Source of the DNA: the human T2T-CHM13v2.0 reference genome, Homo sapiens
DNA length: 64,000 nt
NCBI RefSeq assembly: GCF_009914755.1
Contig: NC_060925.1
Strand: one strand, 5' to 3'
The translations under genes were made by a program, and so were the position numbers. This document shows, one piece after another, positions 19,467-30,569 of the stretch (positions within the stretch are counted from its first letter, which is position 1; each line of letters opens with the position of its first letter). The notes below the pieces were generated by a model. The model did no database searches. It was given only the letters and a program-made list of their open reading frames with translations, and was not told where the DNA came from.

Positions 19467-19931
19467 TGTAGCAGGAGAGGTCGTAGACAAAATCCCTCAG
19501 ACACCGGATTGTGGAAGGTAAGAGCTTTATTCAGTTGGGAGCGTCGGCCGACTCACGTCCTAGAAACGGAGCTCCCCGAATAAGTAATTCCTGTCCCTTT
19601 TAAAGGCTCACAACTCTAAAGGGGCTGTGGGTGGAGGGAGAGGTCATGATCGATTGAGCAAGCGAGGGGTACGTGACTGGGGGCTGCATGCACCGGTAAT
19701 CAGAACGAAACAGAACAGAAAAGGGAGTTTCATAATGCGTTTTTATACAATGTCTGGAATTTATAGACAGCGCAAGTGGTGAGGTCAGGGGTTGAATTTT
19801 AACAACAAGGCCCGAAATGTGGCGCCCGGTTGTCTGACCACGATTTTCACTTCTGCCCATTCTTTCAACCTCCACTTTTTCAGCAAACAAGAAATTAAGT
19901 ATAAGACAATATGAGGATTGCTCTCCTCTCA
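19467..19931 (-). mobile_element. Solo LTR, LTR2 family (HERV-E/Harlequin), inserted in an Alu
   Basis: 465 bp with TG...CA ends; minus strand starts TGAGAGGAGAGCAATCCTCATATTGTCTTATA and has AATAAA near its 3' end; 4-bp TSD AAAC at 19463-19466 and 19932-19935; Alu halves 19382-19466 and 19932-20157 rejoin. Confidence 0.85.
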
Positions 19932-19946
19932 AAACCAGCTTGGCTA

Positions 19947-20194
<248 letters not shown>

Positions 20195-20773
20195 CTATCT
20201 CTATGTATCTCTATCTAGTAAAATATCAATTAAGTGTATGGGTATAATAGACATTTTCAGACATGCAGTGTCTCAAAAAGTTTATTTCTAAGGTAACCAC
20301 TTTATAGGAGGTTTTGGAGGATATGCATCATCAAAAGGAAGAAGTGAGTGAAGAATGAACCCCCTTGAGATCCATGAAGCAGGGGATCTAACAAAAGAGA
20401 GAGGCGATGGAAATCCCAAGATGGTGCAGTAAAGAGAGATATTATGATAACAGCTGTGGGATAAGCCTGAAGAGCAAGTCATCCAGAACGGAACAGATAG
20501 AAATGTGCCAGGAAAAATTTTTCTTTCTTTCTTTTTTTTTTTTTTTTTTTGAGAAGGAGTCTCGCTCTTTTGCCCAGGCTGGAATGCAGTGGTGCAATCT
20601 TGGCTCACTGCAACCTCCGCCTGCCCAGTTCAAGTGATTCTCCTGCCCTCAGCTTCCCGAGTAGCTGGGATTACAGGCGCCCCCCACCATGCCCGACTAA
20701 TTTTTGTATTTTTAGTAAAGACGGGGTTTCACCACGCTGGCCAGGCTGTTCTTGAACTCCTGACCTCAGGTGA

Positions 20774-20965
<192 letters not shown>

Positions 20966-21030
20966 TAACCAAATGGAAAAATAAGATTATTATTGCCAGG
21001 GTAAATACTGTACAAAAAAAAAAAAAAATC

Positions 21031-21183
21031 ACTATCTAGAAGCTAGGAAGAGGACTCACACCAAGAACCAAACCTGCTGGCACCTTGATCTTGGACATCT
21101 CAGCCTCCAGAACTGTGAGAAATAAATGTTTAAGCCACCCAGTAGATGGTATTTTGTTACAGCAGCCTGAGATAACTAAGACA
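21031..21183 (+). mobile_element. 3' fragment of a MaLR LTR (MST/MLT1)
   Basis: CTGCTGGCACCTTGATCTTGGAC...CCAGAACTGTGAGAAATAAATG...AACTAAGACA. Confidence 0.7.
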
Positions 21184-22156
21184 TCCAAACCTCTGAAAGA
21201 ATCAAAATCAGACTTTACTTAACTAACTCTAGGTATATCTATTTGAGAATCCATCCTCTATTTCTATTTTCTTAGCTTTAAAGAAAATTTGGGGGGTGCT
21301 ATGGCAATAGGTGTAGGTACCACTGCAACAGAATCTTGCAGTGCAGGAGAGAGATTGGACTCAACTCCTATTTCTGTTTCTTATGACGTTTTCTTTAGCT
21401 ACTTGCCTATCCAGCTCACCAGACAGTGTTTCATAGCAAGTACCATGTACCAGCATAGACCAAACAATTCCACAAGAGCAGTAGAATAGCCAGTATTATT
21501 AAGTTCCAACAATAAAAGCCCAAGAATGCAATCTCTCCTCTTGTTGCCACAATAAGAAAAAGATCCATTATATAAAGTCTTAATTAGATGAAAATTTAAA
21601 ATCTCCCCTTTTCAATTTTTATTTGGCTAAGGACCAACTCTGTGCCAAATTAAAGGTCCCGCCCTGGAGGGTTAGGTCTGAGTTCTTCTTCAGCAGCTGA
21701 AGCCTGGGCTCTCTGTCACAGGAACAGTGGGAACACCCATTGTCAGCACTTTTACAGTCAGGTGAATCCAACCTCAAGTCTCTCTTGTGAACCACTTTCC
21801 CAGAATTCTCAGGGGTCAGGAGAACAAAGGAGAACAGGGTAGCACCAGCTCCTTACCTGTAAGATTCAGTGCTATGTGTGAGACCTGCAAGCAATAATAT
21901 TCCCCAAACAAAAGTGAAGAGTTTGTGCTGCTATTAAATGTCAGATAGTGTGGCCAAGGAAGGAGCATTCTCTTAGGATGTGGGAATATGACTAGGCCCA
22001 ACTTCTTTAGAGGTCAATTAAGCATCAATTAGAAAAACTGGAAAGGCACAAATACTTTGACCAGGGAAGTCTATTTCTAGAAGTGTGTTTTAAGAAATCC
22101 TTGCACAGCTCACACCTGTAATCCCAGGCCTTTGGGAGGCCAAGGCAGGCAGATCA

Positions 22157-22471
<315 letters not shown>

Positions 22472-22693
22472 TTATAAGAATAAGCATTAGACACAATTTT
22501 GTGTCCATTAGCTGAGGGCCATTTAAATATATACTGGTTCATCCATACCATAAAAAGATAAGCAGTTGTTTAAAAGCCTGAGGTAAAATATGAAAGTGGT
22601 GATGATGATGCCACTGAAAATAATTATAGCAGCTAACGTTTAATGAACATTTATTAGGTGCTCAAATGCTTTATGTGTATTTCTCATCAAATG

Positions 22694-23296
22694 TGTAAAC
22701 CAAAAATAAAATTCTAAGGCCCCCCAGCCATGTGAATGGACCCCTGCTCTAGGTCAAGGTCATTCCACAGTTAACCTGAAAAACTAGTTCAGGCCATGAT
22801 GGGAAGAAGTTGGACATGCCTCATTATACCCTCCTTCCTTTTGGAACTCAGGAAAAGCCAACCAGCATTAACATCAACACAGACCTTAAGTCTGATAAGA
22901 AACATTTACAATCTATTTTCTCTGAAGCCTGCTACCTGGAGGCTTCATCTGCATGGTAAAACCTTGGTCTCCACAACCCCCTATCTAACCCAGAAATTCC
23001 CTTCTGGAATAAGAACTCTTTCAACCAATAGCTAATCAGAAAAATTTTAAATCTATGACCTGGAAGCCCCCCACCCTTTGAGTTGTCCCGCCCTTCCAGA
23101 TTGAAGCAGTGTAAATCTTACATGTATTGATCGATGTATTCTGTCTCCCTAAAATGAATAAAAGCAAGCTGTACCCGACCACCTTGGGCACATGTTGCCA
23201 GGACCTCCTGAAACTGTGTCATGGGTGCCACCTTAACCTTGCAAGGTAAACTTTCTAAATTTATTGAGACCTGTCTCACATACTTTTGGATTCACA
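22694..23296 (+). mobile_element. Solo LTR, MER4 group (MER4B-like, ERV1), nested in a MIR
   Basis: 603 bp TGTAAACCAAAAATAAAATTCTAAGGCCCCCC...TTCACA; 4-bp TSD AATG at 22690-22693 and 23297-23300. Confidence 0.85.
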
Positions 23297-23316
23297 AATG
23301 TTAGATTAATCCATGA

Positions 23317-23668
<352 letters not shown>

Positions 23669-24080
23669 TAGATGAAGAAATAGAGATACAGAAAATTCAG
23701 TAACGTTTTAAAAGTCACATCATGAACCAACCAAGATTTCAACCTGGAAATTGAGGCTTCACCACAAGTGAAGACTGGGATTTTCTTGTTTTCAATTATT
23801 GGGAGTTTTGGATTTCCAGGAATGTGCAGTTGTAAAAACCCAGCTTCAGGAAGTGATGAAATAAGTGCAGTGGCTCTGGAGTAAGCTCTGAAGCCCCAGG
23901 CTCAGGCTCTATTGAAAAATTACTTTTGCTGAAATATTCTTGTTTTTAGGAACTTCCATGGAACTTGAGCCTTCGCACAGCGTATTTTGGCATCGAATTT
24001 AAAGCTAGTAGAGGTCCGGAAGATTCCCAGGATTAAAGTCTTTAAACAGAAAGCGTGAATCTTGCCTAAGTAAAAGGTAC

Positions 24081-24156
24081 CATCTCTGGGTGGGCTTGAA
24101 CCACCAGCCTTTCGGTTCAAACAGCCGAAGGCACTAACCGATGGCGCCACAGAGAC
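24081..24156 (-). pseudogene. tRNA-Asn(GTT)-derived gene or pseudogene with a 2-nt anticodon-loop insertion
   Basis: Minus strand GTCTCTGTGGCGCCATCGGTTAGTGCCTTCGGCTGTTTGAACCGAAAGGCTGGTGGTTCAAGCCCACCCAGAGATG (76 nt versus 74 canonical); T4 terminator at 24072-24075. Confidence 0.9.
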
Positions 24157-24279
24157 TCTAATGGTTTAGATTTGCTGATACCAGAAATGGCATTTTAACC
24201 TCTGGCCGTAGATAATCTCATATGTTTGTAGCCTGTCCAATCCCGCGCACTCCAGAAACCCAGAACACGGGAGACATTG

Positions 24280-24660
24280 AAGCCAAGAGTCGAGTCTTTG
24301 GGCACTTTGGACGTTCTACCCGGGCAGAGTCAGCTGGGGGACTCCAACGGCCAAACGGCCGCCTGCTCCTCACCGTCTGCTCTTCACTGGTTCCCCCGCC
24401 TGCTCTTCACCGTCTCAAAAGTCGCCGGCCCCTCTACAGGCGACAACTGCAGCTTCTCCGGCGGAAGTCACTCGCTTTCCCATTCTTAGCCCCGCTTCAC
24501 ACCTTGAGCTCACAGTCATTTCCGCCGGGCCTGGGCTAGCGGACGCGCGCGTGGGAAGGACCAGAACCCGTGGTGTCCTCACCGCGTCACCCTCGGGCCC
24601 TCAGAGGTGGGATCCACCGGACAGGGACCTGGAGTTTGCACAGGCTGCAGCCCTTCGCCC
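24280..24660. promoter_or_regulatory. Small CpG-rich island 5' of the Asn-like tRNA
   Basis: High CpG density by eye (GGACGCGCGCGTGG) and an ETS-type motif GCGGAAGT at ~24461. Confidence 0.55.
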
Positions 24661-25885
24661 AGAGCCAGCCTAGCACCTAGTAGGTGCCCAATAAATGCTC
24701 GGTGAAGGAAGGCATTCCACCGCAGGGTTTTAGGAGAACCATGAATTCCCGTGTGAACGTTAAGCGTTTAGTCCTACTAGGAAGTCTGGAATATAGAGAC
24801 CTGAACTGTTTCTCAAAGGCAGCTGTTCTTGTATCCCCAGAGCCGGTTTAGAATCCAGCAAAGGCCCCTGCCCGGTGGATCCCACCTCTGGAGACCCGAG
24901 GATAGTGCGGTGGGGGGCACCGCGGGTTCTTGTCCTTCCCACGCTCACGTCCACCGGCCCAGGCCCAAAGGAACTGGCTGTGGGTACAAGATGTGAAGAT
25001 AGTTACAAATACCAGCTAGTGCCAGTGCCAGTTGCAGAAATCAGGACTTGTAATAGTTATGAGTATTTCTTCATTATTTTGAGATGAATACATTTGGGTG
25101 TATATTAACCAAAACTTTTCTTGAGAATTCTCCTCTTCCATCACCCTAGCTAGCACATTCATTAATAATTAACTTTTAGAAATCTCAATATTTAGGTTAC
25201 AGGAAAGCAAATATGGAATGTGATCTATCTAGCTAAAAAAGGAGTGAACATCATTCAAAGACAAAGACTTTATCCTGTTGGGGAAAGGGTTGGCATATTT
25301 TCACTGAATGAGAAAAAGTATGATTTTCATATTGTCTTTATTTGAACCTTAAGTATGATTTTACAAGGAGGAAAAAGGAGGAGGAAGAAGCAAAAGAAGA
25401 GGAAGAGGAGGAAAAAAAGAAGAGGAGGAAGATGTACATTGATGCCACTTTGAGAAGAAGTGGACTGTGGTGGATTTGTAATGTATCAGTTTTGCCAAGC
25501 TGAATGCACATTTCCCAGATTTGCCATCTTTAGATAGCTCTAGGTTAGCCTGGGCAACAGGAGACACTTGGAAGATAGAATTCGAGTGGCTGTTACACTC
25601 TTTTGTATACTGGGAAGGGCGTTGTTACAGCTCAGGCATGATCTTCAGCTTCCCTGACCCTTGGACTGGTGGGTGTTTTGCTTCTTGATCTAACATTAAG
25701 GTTAGAAGTTGCAGGATTCCAGCAGGGTTTTGTCACATCCAATCTGGTTTAAGTTCTCATATTATTAGGAAAGCTTTAGGGTGCTTCAGGAAAACGCTTT
25801 TTAAAAAATCAAATTTGGAAAATATCAAATGGAATTATAGGCAATAAGCATAACCCAGTGGAACCATGAATCAAACCCTCTAGAG

Positions 25886-25972
25886 CAGGGTTGTCTAAAT
25901 TTTGGCTTCCTTGGGCCACACTGGAAAAAAAAAAAAGACACTTGTCTTGGGCCAAACATAATATACACTAAT
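25886..25972. mobile_element. MER30-like DNA transposon fragment
   Basis: CAGGGTTGTCTAAATTTTGGCTTCCTTGGGCCACACTGGAA...TTGTCTTGGGCC resembles the MER30 end as I recall it. Confidence 0.6.
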
Positions 25973-26102
25973 CGCAATTGAACTGTACCTGTAAAGCTTG
26001 TAAACAAAATGTGTCTGTAAAGTCTGTAAACAGGCCAGGTGCGGTGGCTCAGGCCTGTAATCCCAACATTTTGGGAGGCCGCGAGGCAGGCGGAAAACTT
26101 GA

Positions 26103-26399
<297 letters not shown>

Positions 26400-26941
26400 T
26401 GATCCACCCGCTTCCGCCTCCCAAAGTGCTGGGATTACAGGCGCGAGCCAGTGCGCCCGGCCCGGTGAAACCATGTCTCTACTAAAAATTCAAAAAATTA
26501 GCCGGACCTAATTTTTTGGTTGCCTGAGCCTGTAATGCCAGTTACTCGGGAGGCTGAGTATTCTCTGGTTGAGGAAGGAGAATAGCTTGAACGCAGGAGG
26601 CAGAGGTTGCAGTAAGGCGAGATCGCGCCATACACTCCAGCGGACTGTTTGCTGTTAATCCCATAGGGAAAAGAAAAGCTTAGTTTTATTTCTATAGAAC
26701 AACAACAAAAAAAGATAAGAGATTAGTAGAGACGGGTTCACTATATTTGCCCACACACGCCTGAGGTCGAGCGATATTAACATAAACATAACCTATCGAC
26801 GTACCTCATAGATTGCTGGGATTACAAACGTGAGAACCACGATGTCCCAAATTTTTAGTTTCAGTGAAGTTACAGATGGGAACAAAGACCTGATTCTCAG
26901 CTTACGCTGACGCCCAGTATGCGTTTCTGCAGCAAACAAAA

Positions 26942-26955
26942 CCTATTTTTAAAAC
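26942..26955 (-). terminator. snRNA 3' box
   Basis: Minus strand GTTTTAAAAATAGG beginning 11 nt after the U1 3' end; close to consensus GTTYN0-3AAARRYAGA. Confidence 0.75.
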
Positions 26956-26965
26956 GACAAAAATA

Positions 26966-27129
26966 CAGGGGAAAGCGCGAATGCAGTCTACCACTGCCAC
27001 AAATTATACAGTCAAGTTTCCCACATTTGGGGAAACTGCAGGGGTCAGCAGATCCGGAGTGCAATGGATAAGACTCGCTCTGGAAAAACCACCTTCGTGA
27101 CCAGGGTATCTCTCCTGCCAGGTAAGTAT
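26966..27129 (-). ncRNA. RNVU1: Variant U1 snRNA gene (RNVU1 family; possibly RNVU1-6 from memory, unverified)
   Basis: 164 nt ATACTTACCTGGCAGG...GCGCTTTCCCCTG; 15 substitutions versus canonical U1 by my alignment; Sm site AATTTGTGG and U1A loop ATTGCAC intact; snRNA promoter and 3' box present, no poly-A, so a DNA-level duplicate. Confidence 0.95.
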
Positions 27130-27171
27130 GAGTTATTGCACCTCCGCCCCGCCGGCAGCCTCACACGCTTC

Positions 27172-27191
27172 ACCCTTTACACGCACGGTCA
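27172..27191 (-). promoter_or_regulatory. PSE (SNAPc site) of the vU1 gene
   Basis: Minus strand TGACCGTGCGTGTAAAGGGT at -62 to -43. Confidence 0.9.
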
Positions 27192-27351
27192 CTTGCCCCG
27201 CGCACACCCCCCCTCCCCCCCAGCCCTCCTAGCCCTGACACACAGCTGGGACTCTCAGGTCCGACCAGCGGTCCTGAACCCGCTCCCACGGCACGGGAAC
27301 TCCTTCGTGGCGAAGCAGCATGTGGCGAAGCAGCAGCCCCTGCGCTGGCTC

Positions 27352-27359
27352 ATCTACAT
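27352..27359 (-). promoter_or_regulatory. DSE octamer variant of the vU1 gene
   Basis: Minus strand ATGTAGAT at about -225, matching the U1 DSE in sequence and position. Confidence 0.85.
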
Positions 27360-27680
27360 AGAAGTCGCCCTATCCGTGATGTCACCGACAGTGCCTTTCC
27401 CAGTCCCCGTCTGCCTTTCTGCCGCTCAGCCGACCAACCCGCTGCCGGAGCCGGCAAGGGGAAGTGACGTCTGCCTCTCCCTTTTTTCTCTCCTGCTTCC
27501 CTCATCTGTTCTCTTCCAAAGAAGCTGGTCCTTAGCCTGTATTGCGGAGCAAGCTTTCGGCGACCAGCTGGACCCTGGGCACCCTTCTTCGAACAATGGC
27601 TTTTAATTCTCAGACTAGAACGTTTAGGATTACAAAAGAAACTGGTTCTTTTCACATTCTTATTCTTGTGATGTAGCATT

Positions 27681-27684
<4 letters not shown>

Positions 27685-27720
<36 letters not shown>
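27685..27720. repeat. (AT)18 microsatellite
   Basis: Directly visible. Confidence 0.95.
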
Positions 27721-27724
<4 letters not shown>

Positions 27725-27966
27725 CCAACTATCCTAAAAGACACTACCCTTCATCATTCCATGCCATTAGACATGTATAGGACCATGCATGGTGATCTCC
27801 TCCAGACAAAAGTAAATGCTGGTGCAGAACAGGTAAGTGTACTATAATTTGAGTACATCAGCTTTTGGGCATTTTAAACCATGGGTCAGACAAGTTAGAG
27901 CAAGAGGGCAGGTTGATAGCAAGAGGGAGTGTTTTTCTTTTAATTTTCTTTTTTTTTTTTTTTTGA

Positions 27967-28152
<186 letters not shown>

Positions 28153-28625
28153 TAGCCAGGATGGTCTCGATCTCCTGACCTTGTGATCCGCCCACCTCGG
28201 CCTCCCAAAGTGCTGGGATTACAGGCGTGAGCCACCGCGCCCGGCTTCTTTTAATTTTCAAATAGCAAAGTGATGTTTGCCACTGTCATTTCAGAATGAG
28301 GTGACAATTTGTTGTTGTTTGGTTTTGTGGGGTTTTTTGTTTGTTTGTTTGTTTCTGAGACAAGGTCTCACTGTCGCCCAGGTTGGAGTACAGTGGCATG
28401 ATCAGGGTTTACTTCTGCCTTGACCTCACGAATTCAAGCAAACCTCCTTACTAATCCTCCCAAGTAGCTGGGACTACAGGTGCATGACACCACACCCTGG
28501 GGTGTGAACTGGGATTTGATGTTTTCAGTTGGCTCCCTGATGGAATAGGTTCCCTTACTATTCTGGAATACAGATTGTCTTCATGATTATGATTCATAAT
28601 CATAATGATTATGACAGCAGTCCCT

Positions 28626-29255
28626 GCTGTCAGGCAGGGACGTTTAAGTCTGCAGAAGCTGTCTGCTGCCTTTTATTCAGATATGCCCTGCCCCCAGAGG
28701 TGGAATCTAGAGGCAGTAGGCCTTGCTGAGCTGCAGTGGGCTCTACCCAGTTCGAGCTTCCCTACCACTTTATTTACACTGTGACCATAGAACCACATAC
28801 TCAAGCCTCAGCAGTGGCAGAACCCCCTCCCCCTGCCATGCTCCAGTGTCACAGGTTGATCTCAGACTGCTGTGCTAGCAGCAGGCAAGGCTCCATGGGC
28901 ATGGGACCTGCCGAGCCAGGCACAAGAGGGAATCTCCTGGTCTGTCGGTTGCAAAGACAGTGGAAAAAAGCACAGTATTTGGGCAGGGGTGTACTGCTTC
29001 TCGAGGTACAGTCACTCACAGCTTCCCTTGGCTAGGAAAAAGAAATCCCCCAACCCCTTGCACTTCCCGGGTGAGGCGACACCCCACCCTGCTTTGGCTC
29101 ATCCTCCGTGGGCTGCATCCACTGTCCAACGAGTCCCAGTGAGATGAACCAGGTACCTCAGTTGGAAATGCAGAAATCACCTGTCTTCTGCATCTATCTC
29201 ACTTGAAGCTGTAGACCGGAGCTGTTCCTATTCAGCCATCTTGGAAGCAACCCTC
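28626..29255 (-). mobile_element. Isolated L1PA 5'UTR (~630 bp), L1 body absent
   Basis: Minus strand CCAAGATGGCTGAATAGGAACAGCTCCGGTCTACAGC (YY1 site 29235-29243) then GGTGATTTCTGCATTTCCAACTGAGGTACC; plus strand encodes the ORF0-like LISDCCAS peptide. Confidence 0.9.
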
Positions 29256-29336
29256 TTTTTCTTTTTGTATTTTGGTAGAGACAGGGTTTCACCATATTGC
29301 CCAGGCTGGTTTCAAACTCCTGAGGTCAAGCCATTC

Positions 29337-29705
29337 TATAAAACAAACTTATATTTGTTTTATCTGAGTTCCTTCCTCAGGAAAGGACTCTCAGGCCTCT
29401 CAAAAAGCATCAGAGACCCGAAACTCAGCCAATCACAGCATCCAGACAATGAGATGCCAGTCCCCTCACTCATCACGAGTGCTTCCTCACCCCTCTCTAG
29501 TTCCTCTTTTCCCACACACAGTTAACTTTTCTTCTGCGCTATATAAACCCCTAACTTTAGTCAATCAGGGAGACAGATTTGAGACTCATCTCCTGTCTAC
29601 TCAGCTGCAGCACCTGATTAAAGCCTTCTTCCTCAGCAATACTCAATGTCTCAATGATTGTCTTTCTGTGTGCTGAGAACACTGAAGCCCTGGGGTTTTG
29701 GTAAA
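29337..29705 (+). mobile_element. ERV1-type LTR remnant
   Basis: TATATAAACCC box, ATTAAAGCCTTCTTCC poly-A region, CCCTGGGGTTTTGGTAA end; subfamily not resolved. Confidence 0.6.
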
Positions 29706-30497
29706 AATACATATACACTTTTAAAAACCGCAATTAATGGGTTGTGGTATATTGAGAAATTGGAGTGGCATCAACTTGGCCAATTCTGAGGAAACACACT
29801 GTGCTTAAGTGTGAGGGCCCTGCCTCCTGACCTCGACAGTTTATGGTTGATTTTGAGGCACAGCAGGGGAGTATGGCCTGGTTTGAGTGTTTTATAGAAA
29901 TGTAAAACATGGCTGATTACTTTTTATTTTAAATCCAACAAATCTCCATTTCTGGTGAGAAAATCTTGCCAAAACCAACCAAACAAATGCGTAGAAGTAT
30001 ATGAAGAAGAAAATGAAAGATTCCCTGCCTCCCAATCCCACTTGCTTGGTGTCAGCCATTATTTATCACATGGAGGAAGGGGGCAAGACACACAGGAAGT
30101 CCCAAGTCCTGTTCTCACAATCATCTGGCCTCCCTGGGCAAAGGGAAAAGAGGGAAGGCAAAAAGAATATAACACTACTGTTTGCGGAAATTTCCCCTTG
30201 GTACAGGAAACTCTGGTAAACTGAGAGAGTATGTTTTCCAGAGGGAGGCCTCAAGGGCTCTTCTCTGGCCCTAAGCCCAAACTGGATTTTGCCTCATTTT
30301 CTGAGGTGCAAATGAAATGATAAAAGTTGATCAAAGGAGAGGGCAGAGAGAAAGAAAGAAAGAGGATGACTCCTCTCTCGCAGGTCCACCTTCCTTGGTG
30401 TTGCTTGAGGGATCAGAAGAAATGCCTTAACATAGGTGTGTGGGAACTATGGCTGCTAAGTATGAACTCAGTTACCTCCAGTTATAAGCTAGTGTGA

Positions 30498-30569
30498 GGT
30501 TCCATGGTGTAATGGTGAGCACTTTGGACTCTGAATACAGTGATCAGAGTTCAAGTCTCACTGGGACCT
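30498..30569 (+). pseudogene. tRNA-Gln (CTG) pseudogene
   Basis: GGTTCCATGGTGTAATGGTGAGCACTTTGGACTCTGAATACAGTGATCAGAGTTCAAGTCTCACTGGGACCT; G-A mismatch in the anticodon stem, two mismatches in the T stem, CpGs lost, only T3 after the gene. Confidence 0.9.

Noticed and set aside
27013-27038. Apparent compensatory change in vU1 SL3 as proof of selection
   Set aside because: Both changes are CpG transitions and are expected by chance.
27307-27335. Tandem GTGGCGAAGCAGCA duplication in the vU1 promoter
   Set aside because: As I recall, the canonical U1 promoter has the same doublet, so it is ancestral rather than novel.
27064-27606. 180-aa plus-strand ORF, the longest in the window
   Set aside because: Antisense to vU1 and its GC-rich promoter; no recognisable domain.
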